Shown here piece after piece: positions 11,901 to 25,352 of a stretch of 64,000 nucleotides of DNA; position 1 is the first letter of the stretch; each line of letters opens with the position of its first letter. The stretch comes from Octopus vulgaris. Its lineage: Eukaryota. A program made the translations under genes and the position numbers. The stretch covers positions 21,142,001-21,206,000 of the forward strand of contig OX597828.1 in assembly GCA_951406725.2 (NCBI GenBank), in the 5' to 3' direction. Under the pieces are notes generated by a model. That model was not told the origin of the DNA, searched no databases, and worked only from the letters and a program-made list of their open reading frames with translations.

Positions 11901-12356
11901 GTTCGCGATAAGTTATATAGGCATGGAATGTCAGTGCCACCGACATGTCCAAGATGTGGGTTGGACGATGAAACCGTTCAGCACGCTTTTGTACATTGTC
12001 AGGAGCTGTCAGGCTTAATAAGTTACGTAGAACACGTGTTGTCGCATCTGGGACGAGTACAGCTATCGGCTGGCTCTATAATAAAGATGATACCGCCAGC
12101 TGGACTCTCAAAGGAAGGTGAGGCTTGTTTTCACTGTACGGTGGCAGTACTGAAAGAGTGTGTGTGGAGAACTAGAATGGAAGGTTTGGTGACAGGATCC
12201 TTTGTCTCTGGATATGGTATGTTAAAATACTTCAGATATCATCTGAAGAGCAAGATGGATTTGGAGAAGAGGAACCTGACACAGAAAAAGTATGTGAATC
12301 GATGGAAGGATGTGATAAAAAAGGTGGGTGTGAGTAACCCTGCTTCGTCATCATGA
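8958..12356 (+). pseudogene. Tx1 ORF2 (APE endonuclease, reverse transcriptase, zinc finger) with two in-frame stops
   Basis: Motifs NVRG, VYAP, GDFN, TDH; KSPGLDG, YRPITLL, DQSKAFD, QGCPLSP, YADD; CPRC...H...C. ORFs 8955-10010 and 10158-12356 share a frame and are split by TGA at 10008 and TAG at 10128. Confidence 0.93.
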
Positions 12357-12709
12357 AAGGAGAAAATAGTCTCTGGGCTCTTAGGCTGTCGGGTAAGAAT
12401 ATTTACTGTGATATACCTATCTGGCCAAAATTATTTTAAATAAAAAAAAAAAAGGAGAAAAGTAAAGTCTAGAATTGTAATCAATAATCAACATATGTAA
12501 ATATCAAATGAACAACATAAACTTTTTGTAATTATGTTTTGTATTGTAATGTCCTATCTCTGTAACGATTTTTATAATCATAAAGATTTTATACTTTGTA
12601 GTAGTAAAGGGGAAATGCAGTTTCACCGTAACTTTGCTTGGCACCTGAGACTGGTGTGAAAGATAGAGAGGGGAAAAGTATACTTAACATGGAGACCTGA
12701 ATCGACTGT

Positions 12710-13500
12710 TTAGAAGAAAAAAGGGTCCCCTCTAAAGGCACTGAAGCTGGCAGGCGGTGGTGTGAAAGCGATGACGGGATTTGAAATGAGAAAGCAAAGA
12801 GGAAGGAAATGGGTTGAGGCGGGATCGAACGTGAATCGCTTGCTGACGGCGAGGAAGGTCTTTTTAGCAACGATAGATAACTAACGAAAAACCCGCTGCG
12901 ATGATGAACAAAAAAAAATATATATTGAGGGAAGGGGCTGTAATAACATATCTGACATTATTATTTATTTGTATCTCCCGGGTGGGAGATGGGCTGAATC
13001 CTGGAAGCACTGCAATACCAGGCCAACCAGTGGCAAAGGCGGAGCAAGCCCCTAACACTTCGCCTCGTTCTAAAAATCAGTTTAATATCGATGGTCCCAA
13101 ATAGGGACCGTATCAGATATTAAGCTGATAAGAACAGATACTACACTTTGATCTTAGCCAAAAGGCCGAGAAGCGATAATTTTTTCCTCTTTACCACAGA
13201 CTTTATTAACACAAGTTAATGTTACACCCACTGATGTGTAAATTATTTATTCCAATCACATTTAATTACCTGCTATATTGTCAAGATATTCAATCCTTAC
13301 ATTTTCTAGTTTAAGATATTTTTAATATCTTTAAATCAATTATTTTAAAGTTTATGTAGATATTGTATGTTGAATGGTAAATATACGTTCTTACCATTGT
13401 GTAAAGTAAACGTTTAAGACAAGTGACGTCACCAAGCTAGGGGGGCTCGGCGAATCACTTATCAGCAGTGTGGGCTATTGACTGGCTGCTGGGTAGCAGG
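12710..13500 (-). repeat. Right arm of the ~800-bp inverted repeat
   Basis: Reverse complement of 6067-6871. Confidence 0.95.
12986..13177 (-). ncRNA. U2: U2 spliceosomal snRNA, second copy
   Basis: Reverse complement of 6400-6591 with two substitutions that I could see (AAACCGAT/AAACTGAT and CACGGGTT/CACTGGTT). Confidence 0.97.
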
Positions 13501-13637
13501 TCACACTGCATGAATCTGACTGACCTCTGACCAGAGCGTTCATTCCTCAATTAATACATCTTACATTCAAGTCATATTTATAGATCAATAATAAATATCT
13601 ATTTCAGCGACACCGCTACGGAAAATGGGATTTTTGT

Positions 13638-13974
13638 CTAGCGGTGTCAAATGAAATTGTCACCCATAATTATAACCCTAGTATCGATCTATTGCATTTC
13701 AATCTATTTTAGGGTTAGGTTTAGAGTTATGGTTTGGGTTAGGGGTGGGGAAGGGTATCTTTTTTTCTTCGCAAATGTAAATACACCCAAACTGTTTCTG
13801 AGGGACATATTCATACAGCACGGAATGTTTTCACCCCAAATGGAGGAGAGCGATTGGTTAAAATTGCCGAAATGCTCGAAATTAAAGTCGAAATATGTTA
13901 TTTTCTCAATAAAGCCAAGAAAAAAAATGATGTTTTATAAACATTGAAAACTGCCGTTCAAAAGGAAAAGATCC
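13638..13974 (+). mobile_element. Partial MITE of the same family as 38477-38899
   Basis: Shares the body CTAGCGGTGTCA...TTAGGG... and the right TIR AAAACTGCCGTTCAAA..GAAAAGATCC; the left TIR is missing. Confidence 0.75.
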
Positions 13975-14811
13975 ACGGATTTTAGTATGCCTCCCCACAG
14001 AAGACGTACAGTCCACCAGACACGCTTCCGCGTAGATTTCGTCACTCACAAGGATTAATTGTCGCATCTCTGACTCCACCTTGTTTCGGTCTTTCGTAGA
14101 CATCTTCAGTGAAACATAAGGATATGAGATGTTTTGGAGCCAACTATTTGGCATCGTTGATTCGACGCTGGCTTATTTGACATCAAACGTTTTTACATTT
14201 TTTTCTCAGTCTCTCCTTTTTTCCCTGTTTATGTGTGTGAGCATACTATTCTTTATGTGCATGGAGAGAAAAAAATGTGCTTATGTCAGTTGTGTTCGCA
14301 CCCTTTCCATCTGAATGTGTATATTTCTGTGGAAACATGCGTATGTGAGTGCTTGCCCCCGAGCGCCCAGAAGTACTGTCGCTAAACACACTTGGTGTCC
14401 AGTCAGCTACAACAAATCGTCTGTACCTAAACAGCTCTGTCTTGTCGCTTCATTCCGGAAGCATAAACTTCAGAGACTTTGCTGAAGTAGTAATGAGAAA
14501 ATCTGTTGTAATTAGAACTGTTAATGTCTCTACTGAATTCTCAGTTAATGCAATCGCATTGTATTGAATTCTAACATCTCGAATATAAACGGAAGACGTG
14601 CAAGGATAGTAGAAATTGTTGCACACTTATACAACATAATATAAGCACTAGCAATCGAAGTTACGTTATGCCAGGTCTAACAAGATTCGTATGTATATGA
14701 CTGGATTTATATTATCTCAAATTGCTATACTGTATGTTGCTCACAGATGTGTCACCGTTTCCTCCTCTTTCAATACCTGAAGGTGACAGGTAGCGGAATT
14801 TCATCTCAGAA

Positions 14812-15110
14812 CAGAAAATGCCGGAATAGAACGGACAAAGTAGGAACAGAGCGGACGAACTTGGAACGGAATGGAAAAATCCGGAACAGAACGGACAAAG
14901 ACGTAACAGAACGGACGAATCATGAACAGAACGGACAAATCAAGAACAGAACGGACAAAGACGAAACAGAACGGACGAATCTGGAATGGAATGGACAAAC
15001 CCGGAACAGAACGGACAAAGACGGAACAGAGCGAAAAAATCGGGAACAGAACGGACAAAGACATAACAGAACGGATAAATCGAGGACAGCATGGACAAAG
15101 CCAGAACAGC
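14812..15110. repeat. 20-bp minisatellite (GGAACAGAACGGACAAA..) with a 60-bp higher-order period
   Basis: Successive 60-nt lines from 14821 to 15060 align unit for unit. Confidence 0.9.
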
Positions 15111-15890
15111 GGGATTTGGCCCAGAATTGACAAAATCACAAAATGTCCCATCCTACACTTTTCGGACAATCCCGTGAGTACAACGCCTTAGACTCATATT
15201 TTATTTTCTCGACCTCCAAAAGGATGAAAGGCAAATTTGACCACGATGGAATTTGAACACAGAATCGCAGTCTGGTTACAGAAGAAACGTGAGAAGCAAG
15301 TAGTCACTTGGAAAGGTAGTATATAAAATTACCTGGACAGAAGAAGATTTAGTGGAAGTGGTATAATTAGTTAAACAAAATAATCACCACGGAATCTGTA
15401 AGAAGATAAATGTACCACATTATTCTGGAGTAGACGTCAAATATCAATATATTTAAGGGGTAAAAAAATCACGGAGCGAAATTACTCTGATGAGGTTTGG
15501 TAAGGCAGAAATATATAGCGGGTTATCTTCCGTATTTGTAAAGATATGCGAAATAATATCAACGAATGATCACTTGCCTATAAAAATTTTTTTCACGTGA
15601 ACTTTTAAAAATATTCCTTGACCTAATAAGTCACCAGTAGGTTAAGTTCAAGCGCCCCCCACCACCACACACAAACCCAAAAAAAAACAAAAAACCAAAG
15701 ACAAAAAGAAGCTTCTTTATGTATTTGTTTCAGACCTTGGTCTTTGACCCTTTTTTGCTTATCAGAGGCCGTCACTGCCTCTCCTTTAATTTTCACACCA
15801 GAACGTACAGGAAACTAGTACAACAACCACCATCAACAACATTACCATCACTATCGCTACTACTAACTTTCACCATCATATATTCATACC

Positions 15891-15979
<89 letters not shown>

Positions 15980-17359
15980 GGCACCGCGAGTGTCGCGTTG
16001 CTCTCAAGCAACTCTGCCGTCCTGGGTCGACCTTGAGTGACTTCAACACAACCAAAGCATTCTATAGGGGTTTAGTGGAGGGGAGGTACGACGACGAGCT
16101 CGGGGCGAACCTGGACGTCGACGAGGAGTACCTGACCCGCCTATTCAGGACGACTTTCGGGCCAGGGCCCATGGACAACTTCTAGAGATCCCTGGCCTGG
16201 CAGTGCTACTGAGAAGCGCTACCCGTTCGGGATAAGCTCTACAGACACGGCTCGAGAAACACGGGGCCGACCTGCCCGAGATGCGGTCAGAGCGACGAAA
16301 CCGTTCTGCACGCACTCGTGCAGTGTCCAACAATTTCCGACCTGTGGGCTTGTGTCGAACAACTGCTGTCACGTGTGGGACGAGTCGGTTTATCAGCTGA
16401 GTCTATCGTTAATATTGTCACGCCTCCCTCCTTCACACGGGAAGGAAGAGCTATTTTCATCATCCTTGTGGCTATGGCGAAAGAATGTATCTGGTGGACG
16501 CGTCTGAAAGGATTGGAGACAAACACTTTCCTCTCTGGTCAATCTCTCATCAACTTCTTCAAGTACCACTTGAAAAGGAAAGTGAGAGTAGAGAGGCAAG
16601 TTTTGTCTAGCGAATGTTTTAAAAAAAGATGGGTGAATGTAGCAAGAATGGCACGTATGAATGACGAAGCCACCTTGAGCATGATCCTATGAACCCAGAA
16701 ATTGAAAACAGAGAGTTGCTTATTTGCAAAAAAAAAAAAAAAGAAATATAACATGTGACTCCATTGACCGAGGTTACCGTGGTCTTTTCCGTAGGCTTTT
16801 CTTTCCACGGGTAAACCTCACCTGTCCTCCCCTTTACACTTCATATTGACATTTCTGTGATAACGATCCCTATTGATCAATTTTTTTTTTTCTTCCTCTC
16901 CCCCTTTTTTTTTAAACCCCCTTTTTTTGTCCTCTTTCTCTCCTTTTACGATCCCTTTTGATCGAAACTCCCCCTTCCTTTTTTTTTTTTTTTTTTTTAA
17001 ACCTTCAAAAGAAAAGCTCTACCTTGTAATTTGTTCTATCTGTGTGCAGCCCTGTGTGGCTAATAAAGAAACATATCTATCTATCAGGCTTTTCTTTCCA
17101 CGGGCAAACCTCACCTGTCCTCCCCTTTACACTTCATATTGACATTTCTGTGATAACGATCCCTATTGATCAATCCCCCCCCTTTTTTTAAATCCACCCC
17201 CTTTTTTTGTCCTCTTTCTTTCCTTTTACAATCCCTTTTGATCGAAAATCAACCCCCCTTTTTTCTTTTTTTTAAAAAATTTTTTTACCCCCAAAAGAAA
17301 AGCTCTACCTTGTAATTTGTTCTATCTGTGTGCAGCCCTGTGTGGCCAATAAAGAAACT
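15980..17359 (+). mobile_element. 5'-truncated Tx1 element plus a second 3'-UTR-only copy, embedded in (TATC)n
   Basis: WQCY*EALPVRDKLYRHG...CPRCGQSDETVLHALVQC is homologous to the copy-1 ORF2 C-terminus. 3'UTR segment 16793-17073 is repeated at 17086-17359. TATC runs lie at 15891-15979, 17074-17085 and 17360-17377. Confidence 0.9.
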
Positions 17360-18320
17360 TATCTATCTATCTATCTACTTGTGTCTAACACAGGGCTCGG
17401 GGAACATGTTTTAACCAATAACCCCAAAATATATTTATTTATGCTGACGTTACCCCGTTTGATTTGAAAGGAAGAACATCAGTCTTTGAATTCAAAAGGT
17501 TCATTGAATCTATTTTAAAAAATCTATTTACACGTTCATTACATTGCACAGATGCAGCGTTGCCAAAAGGAAAATTTCTATCGCAACAAGGAACACGTTT
17601 TTTTTTAATGTAATTTTACTTATGTTTAACGAGTCCTCATTACCCCCAAGAATTTCATTTTTACTGCACCTAGGGTAATTTAATCCAGGTATATGAAATC
17701 TTTACACCGGTTCGCTGACACCTGCTCTAACATGTTTTGCGGTATTTCGTCCGTCTTTATATTTTGTACACCGAGGTCGACTTTGCTATTCTACCTCTCG
17801 GGGTCGATAACATAAATATTAGTTGTTCATTACTCCTGCCGCCCAGAAATTGCAGGCCTTGTGCCAAAATTTGAAATCATTATTGCACGAGTAGGTATTC
17901 AAAGCAGCGAACTGGTTGGCCGGGCGAAATGCTAAACGGCACTTTGTCCGTCTTTACATGCTGAATTCAAATTCCGCTGAAGGCGACTTTGCCTTTCGTC
18001 CTTACGGTGTTCGATAAAATAAGTACCAGTCATGTGCTGAGAGGCCGATGTAATCGACTTCACCACCCCTACACAATTTAAGCGTTTAGAAAGAATATAA
18101 AATAACCGGCATTGAAAACCTTAAATTTGAGAAAAAAGAATTCAGAATAGGCGCAGGAGTGGCTGTGTGGTAAGTAGCTTGCTAACCAGCCACATGGTTC
18201 CGGGTTCAGTCCCACTGCGCGGCATCTTGGGCAAGTGTCTTCTGCTATAGCCCCAGGCCGACCAATGCCTTGTGAGTGGATTTGGTAGACGGAAACTGAA
18301 AGAAGCCTGTCGTATATATG

Positions 18321-18355
<35 letters not shown>

Positions 18356-19165
18356 GTGTGTCTGTGTTTGTCCCCCTAGCATTGCTTGACAACCGATGCT
18401 GGTGTGTTTACGTCCCCGTCACTTAGCGGTTCGGCAAAAGAGACTGACAGAATAAGTACTGGGCTCACAAAGAATAAGTCCTGGGGTTGATTTGCTCGAC
18501 TAAAGGCGGTGCTCCAGCATGGCCGCAGTCAAAATGACTGAAACAAAAGAGTAAAAAGAGTAAAAGAGTAATTGTAATTTTATTTTTAATGTGAACTTAA
18601 AAAAGAAAAGGAAAATCCGAAAAAAAAGTAACAAAATCAAAAAAATTAGTGGGGGTTGAATGAAAATTTGAAAAGCTGCTTTATATTTTTGCAAAAATTG
18701 TAATCTTAGTTGTTGACGACGTAGGGGGTAAAAAAAAACATACGGGCAGAGTGTCTATTCGATATGTCCATCAAGAAATTACTGAAAAATATCAATATTT
18801 CTACAAGTATTGTGTGATTAAAAATCGAAACAATGTCACAATTGATAGAACAACAGCTAAGTCAAAACTTAACAATCGTATATGCGGCTATGTAAAGTAA
18901 CACTGCTAGCTCAGTATAATCTTCCTCGCTCACACACTCTCTATCTCTCTCATTGTCGGCCTGTGTATCTCTCTCTCTCTTTATATATATCTCTCTTTCT
19001 CTCTCTAATACCCCTCTATTTTTTCTTTATCTACCTCTCTCTTTTCCTCTCTCTGTCTTTCTCCTTTCTGTGTCTCTACATCATCTCTTACCTGTCTTTA
19101 CGTCTGTGCTTCTCTCTCTATCTCATCTGTCTGTCTCCCTTCTTTACCCTCTTTGCTGTTGCTCG

Positions 19166-19196
<31 letters not shown>

Positions 19197-19350
19197 ATCT
19201 CGCGTCCTTCTATACCCCTCTCTCTATCTCTTTCTCTATCTATCTCTTTCTCTATCTATCTCCCTTCTATACCCCTCCCTCTGTATCTCTCCCTTACTCT
19301 TATCCCCTCTCTCTATTTCCATAGTTTCAGTATTATATCTTCCCATCGAA

Positions 19351-19392
19351 ATGTTGTCTTCGTGCAGACATCCTGGGTTTCGTACTCTTCTG
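19351..19392 (+). CDS. ETFA: ETFA exon 1 (mitochondrial targeting peptide MLSSCRHPGFRTLL)
   Basis: ATG, an Arg/Ser-rich acid-free peptide and a phase-0 donor CTG|GTGAGT that fits exon 2. Follows a CT-rich tract. Assignment is inferred because this region is poorly conserved. Confidence 0.7.
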
Positions 19393-19571
19393 GTGAGTTT
19401 TTCGAAATTATTAAAACTTATTGAAAGCCCACTACTTTCACAACTCTCCCTACGGCTACGTCCACCTCGACAGCGTATTTATATGTTACCATATATTCAT
19501 GTTTGCTTGATATTTATCATTGCTCTTGAGCTTCTCTTTCTAGTGTTCTATACCACGTATTTATATAAGAG

Positions 19572-19606
<35 letters not shown>

Positions 19607-20572
19607 CACACACACACACATGTATGTGCTAGAGCGTGTATGTGTATATATATATATATATATACACATACACGCTCTAGCACATACATGTGTGTATATA
19701 TATATATATATAGTATGTATTTATACACACACACGTGTATGTGTTGCAGCATGTATATAAAATCGCACTCCTATATGTATGTGTATATATACACACACAT
19801 ACATGTGTATTATTTACATAAGTGTACGGTGAAGTTGTGGTCCGTTTGGCGATATCGATATTTCGACCTCCGGTTGTTGTCATTAAAACATTCCAATTAG
19901 ATTCGATTAATGTCTTTGGGAAAGGCATGAACCTCACACAATCTCATTTCCCTTATTAGATCTCAACGACTTTAGAATAACGCCTGAACATTATCTCTGT
20001 GATGTAGGTCGGTATCCTCCCTTTTAAACCTAAACAATACCGGACTTTGATTCTTGTTAATGAAAACACTTTGATGTAGGACGATTACTGGAGGTATTAG
20101 AAATAGCAGCCAAATGTTCCCCAAATCATATCCTATATTCTAATGTGTAGAGGGAAGCATTCATCGCATGCTGTAGGCCTACATATACTGTGGACAGAGG
20201 AGAAAAATATGCGGTGGTTACGACCGAGGGTTAAACAAGGCGCATTATGTCTCGGTGCCCTTGCGAAAGAAAGGCAATGGACGTAACAACATTGTTACTG
20301 CTTATTCTCACCTATATCTAGGGCTTCAAGGCTTATAGTTAGAATTGGCTGAAGACAGACACTTTCCCCTATAGCCAAGCCTTTCGAATTCCACTTCAAG
20401 AAGGCATGTATGGCCTCCTGTGTGCAGAGAACACAGATTAGAGAAGAGTGCATTTGCCCTTGCTGGTCATAATAATCCATGATCTGCCGGGTTCCTTGAT
20501 TGCTGGTCTCTGTAGTAGGGGCTATTTATCTTATTCTTTCAATGTTTATTTCTTTTCATAAAGATTTTGTGT

Positions 20573-20904
20573 AGTACCCCACCCCTTCGTTTTTGAAATT
20601 TATCCTTTTTATATTCATCCACTCCTTTCATCGCCCATGGGATTAAATAAACGAAAGCATTAGTAAAGTATCGGAGTTTATTTAATCAACAAACCCTTCC
20701 ACATATATTTCCTGTTGAACAGTCAAAGCATCGGACAAAGTACCCCACCCCTTCGGTTTTGAAATTTATCCTTTTTATATTCATCCACCCCTTTCATCGC
20801 CCATGTGATTAAATAAACGAAAGCATTAGTAAAGTATCGGAGTTTATTTAATCAACAAACCCTTCCACATATATTTCCTGTTGAACAGTCAAAGCATCGG
20901 ACAA
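20573..20904. repeat. Tandem duplication of a 166-bp unit
   Basis: AGTACCCCACCCCTTCG...GGACAA occurs at 20573 and 20739 with only a few substitutions. Confidence 0.92.
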
Positions 20905-21084
20905 AATGCTTTGTGGAATTTTTTTCCGGCTGTTTTCGTTCTGAGTTCAAATCTGGTCGAGGTCAACTTTTCCTTTCGTATTTTCGTGGTCGATAAAATT
21001 AAGTACCAGTGCAGTACTGGAATCTGTAATATCGACAAACCCACCTTCCCTCTAAATTGCTGACCATGCGTTTATATAAAAACC

Positions 21085-21141
<57 letters not shown>

Positions 21142-21146
21142 GGCGA

Positions 21147-21228
21147 AGGTAAAGAATACGCACACCCGGTTTTTAGGACTCAGGGTTAGGGTTACGCCGA
21201 AGACGGGCGGTGTGCGTATTCTTTACCT
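21147..21228. mobile_element. 82-bp mini foldback element
   Basis: Perfect 20-bp inverted repeat AGGTAAAGAATACGCACACC/GGTGTGCGTATTCTTTACCT around a spacer containing AGGGTTAGGGTTA. Confidence 0.7.
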
Positions 21229-23749
21229 CCTCAATCGTCAATGTTGTTTACGTAAATGACTTGTCTGTATACAACAACAAAAGTCCAAGGTTACATAATA
21301 CAAACATCGTTTAGAGATGTGTTTCTCAACCATATCTTTTTTTTATTTGCTTATAGACCACTTTGATACCTGTTTTATTCTACTGGACCCCGGATAGCTG
21401 TTCGATATTTGAAAAATACTATTATACTTTTAAAATTAAAAGAAGTTATTAAGGTATTTTGTGTATAGCAGAAAGTCTGACCAATTTAATGCACGTAAAT
21501 TTTAACAAGAAAATCTTATATGGATCCCGGTTGAAAACCACTGAGAATTTGACACATGTTGTACTTGAATGCTACAACGTGTATTTCCTATTTTACAGTC
21601 CTAAATAGAATATTTTTTCAAAACAAATACTTGACCGTCAGATTTATTTTTGGCACTTCTGTCCACATGCTTGCAATAGTATTTAATGAAGGCGGCGAGT
21701 TGGCAGAATCGTTAGCGCGCCGGGCAAAATGCTTAGTATTTCGTCTGTCTTTACGTTCTTAGTTCAAATTCCACCGAGGTCGACTTTGCCTTTCATCCTT
21801 TCGGGGTCGATAAATTAAGTACCAGTTACGCACTGGGGTCGATATAATCGACTTAATCAGTTTGTCTGTCCTTTTTTGTCCTCTGTATTTAGCCCCTTGT
21901 GAGTGGTAAAGAAATAGAAATAGGTATTTCGTCTGTCTTTATGTTCTGAGTTCAAATTCCACCGAGGTCGACTTTACCTTTCATCCTTTCGGGGTCGATA
22001 AATTAAGTACCAGTTGCGTCCTGGGGTTGATCCAATCGACTGGCCCCCTACCCTTGTGCCTAGAGTAGAAAAGAATACTATTTAATGAAATTTAATCCAA
22101 TTTATGACATGTATCATTAGTTAGGGTTTCTGGTTAAGGTTGAGTTTAGTGGTTAGGGTTTAGAGTTGTGGTTAGAGAATGGGGTCAGTAGCGAGTTAGT
22201 GAGCAGGGGGTGAGGGGCATCACTTTTGGGTCTGCTGTATAAGGTTTGTGTAGGGGACAGCAAACTTAAGAGCTGCCCTAGGCGTCACATACTCTAGGTA
22301 TGCTACTACATAAGGTTGATCTTAGGGTTAGGGGCCTATGGAAGGAGTCTGGGTATAGAGTTGGAGTTTGGGTTTCTGTACTTTTATCTAATGTTTTTTT
22401 TTTGTTTTAGAAGATATTAAGGTGAAGCATGAGGGAGATTTGTCCGCTATTTCTAATAGGTCTCTTAACCAGTTAGAAACTCTGTTACATAAGGTAATGG
22501 TAACTGGGCCCCTTCGAAATCACATTGTTGGTAATATTCTCTCTTTTACTTTTTTTACTTGTTTCAGTCATTTGACTGCGGCCATGCTAGAGCACCGCCT
22601 TTAGTTGAGCAAATTGACCCCAGGACTTATTCTTTGTAAGCCTAGTACTTATTCTATCGGTCTCTTTTGCCAAACCGCTAAGTTACAGGGACGTAATCAC
22701 ACCACCATCGGTTATCAAGCGATGTTGGGGGGACAGACACAGAAACACAAACATACACATACATCTATATATATATATACATATATATGACAGGCTTCTT
22801 TCAGTTTCTGTCTACCAAATCCACTCACAAGGCTTTGGTCGGCCTGAGGCTATAGTAGAAGACACTTGCCCAAAGTGCCATGCAGTGTGGGAATGAACCT
22901 GGAACCATGTGGCTGGTTAGCAAGCTACTTACCACACAGCCACAAAAATGACTTTAAAAGGCCATCTCCATGATCAATGAGAGAAAAAGACAGATGTCTT
23001 AGCTAAATGCCTGCTAGAGCAGACATGCAAAACCTTTTCCAAGAAGCAAGCTGCCTGAAACATGGCTGATCATCAAGCAGGCCTCATTACTCAAAAAATT
23101 TAAGGTAATTTTTTTCATTTAGACATACCATTCAAAAAGTCCCATGGGCTATTGTTTACCCATTAATGCTATGAAGTTATAGAGTGGGCCCTGCTAAAAG
23201 GCATCCAAGGGCCAAATGCTTTGGTATTAAACTGGGTGATAAGATAAAGAATAAAGCTCCTTCCCGAGTCATGTAGACTCCTAGGGCTGGTTTCCCAGTT
23301 TCTGAGACACATATATTCTCCCTGGATGGGATGCCAGTCTTTCGCAGGGTTACTAATTTTTGCCCCCTGGGTGGACTGGAGCAATGTGAAATGAAGTGTT
23401 TTGCTCAAGAACATAACACATTGCCTGGTCTAGGAATTGAAACTACAATCTTGTGATAATGGGCCTAACACCCTTACCACTAGACCAAGCGCCTCCACTT
23501 GGGCGATGGATTACTTCTGACATTGAAGAATAGATGCAGTCTATGCGATGGATTTCTACCTGGTTTCTGTCTTTCCAAAGTCTCTCACAATTCTTTGGTC
23601 TAGTTGGAGTTATGGTAGGAGGTACCTGCCTAAGGTGTCCTGCTGTTGGATCAAAACGAGGACTGTCTGATAACGCAGCATGTTCTTGACTACACAGCTA
23701 TGTCTGTAATTTAGATTGAATATGAAATGACATAATTAACGCTATCCTC

Positions 23750-24490
23750 ACACCACTACCACCCTCTCTTATTGCCATCACTACCATCACAATCCTACCA
23801 CCACCACCACTACAACACTATCATAACCAACACTACCACCACTGTCACCATCACCACAACCACCACTGCCATCACAATCCTGCTGCCAGTAACACTGCAA
23901 CACTCATCACCACCACTACAATAACCACTGACCTTTATCACAACCATACCTATACCACTACCACACTATCACCACCATTACCAACACTATCATCACAACA
24001 CTAAAACTGCTTCCGCCACCACCACCACATCACTATCACCACAGCCACTGCCACCAACGCTACTATCACTAACACTACAGTCATACCACCACTACTACCA
24101 CCAACACTATCATCAATAACACTACAACTTGAATAACACCACCACATCACTATCACCACAACCACTACCACCAACGCTACCATCACCAACACTACAGTCA
24201 TACCACCAACACTATCATCAATATCACTACAATCATACCACCACCACCACTTCAATACTATCACCACGACTACTACCACCAACGCTACCATCACCAACAC
24301 TACAGTCATACCACCACCAACACTATCATCAATATCACTACAATCATACCACCACCACCATTTCAATACTATCACCACCAATGCTACCATCACTAACACT
24401 ACAATCATACCACCACTACCCCCCCCCCCCCCCCCACCAACGCTATCGTCAATAACACTGCAATCACCACCACCACCACCACCACCATCA
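23750..24490. repeat. CAC/CTA-rich degenerate triplet tract with ~100-bp internal repeats
   Basis: Repeated AACACTACAGTCATACCACCA...ACTATCATCAATA blocks. Confidence 0.85.
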
Positions 24491-24813
24491 CAGGAGTCTG
24501 TTATAAGAGGATATCGGATATTGAATATTAGATATCTTTCCTGATATCCTATTCTCTGCTCTCTTCCCAACTTGCACGTTTGCACAAACATTATTCATCA
24601 GGTCATTATATAGGACAATGGCTTCTCCCCTCCTTTCGTTATATTTTCAATTTTTTTTTATTTTGTCTACATGGTATTGTTGATGAGGTTTTTTAACCCC
24701 AGGTCAGCCCTCATTGAGTAGACCTATAATTAAAAGAAGTCATTCCAGTTGTGACCACCCTTCCTTTTTTAGGGATGTGTGTGTATATATAACTATTCTG
24801 CCAGCTCTTCACC

Positions 24814-24855
<42 letters not shown>

Positions 24856-25269
24856 CCTTTCTATTATAGGCACAAGGCCCGAATATTTTTTGTAGGGTTA
24901 GGGACTAGTTGATTACATCAGTCCCAATACTCAGCTAGTACTTATTCCATCAACCCCGCAAGGATGAAAGGAACAATTGACCTTAGTGGAATTTGAACCC
25001 TACCATACTACTACTATTACTACTACTACTGATTATAACAATAAAAAAAATAATGTTAATTATTTCAGATTTTGGCACAAGGCCAGAAATTTCAGGATCG
25101 GGGGTAAGTCAAGTGCATTGACATCCACCCCCCAGTACTCAAATGGTATTGACCACCAAAAGGATGAAAAGCAAGCTTGACCTTGGTGGAATTTGAACTC
25201 AGAATGTAAAGACAGAACTGCCACTAAGCATTTTGCCCAGCATGCTAACAGTTCTGCCAAGTTAACACC

Positions 25270-25352
<83 letters not shown>

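Larger units (their letters stand above)
6938..12586 (+). mobile_element. Near full-length Tx1-clade (L1 group) non-LTR retrotransposon, copy 1
   Basis: ORF1 with a CCHC knuckle; ORF2 with APE, RT and a C-terminal zinc finger. Both ends are approximate and no clear TSD was found. Confidence 0.9.

Noticed and set aside
12623-12692. PSE-like TCACCGTAACT 57 nt upstream of ATACTTAACATGG (U1-like start)
   Set aside because: The match is imperfect, no U1 body follows, and the real U2 genes here lack this PSE. It is probably chance, though worth including in the U1 search.
6067-13500. Composite DNA transposon with 800-bp TIRs
   Set aside because: There is no transposase or TSD, the outer ends decay gradually, and the interior is a non-LTR element.
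18882-19324. 180-aa and 123-aa hydrophobic ORFs upstream of ETFA
   Set aside because: They are translations of a CT-rich low-complexity tract, probably promoter-proximal.
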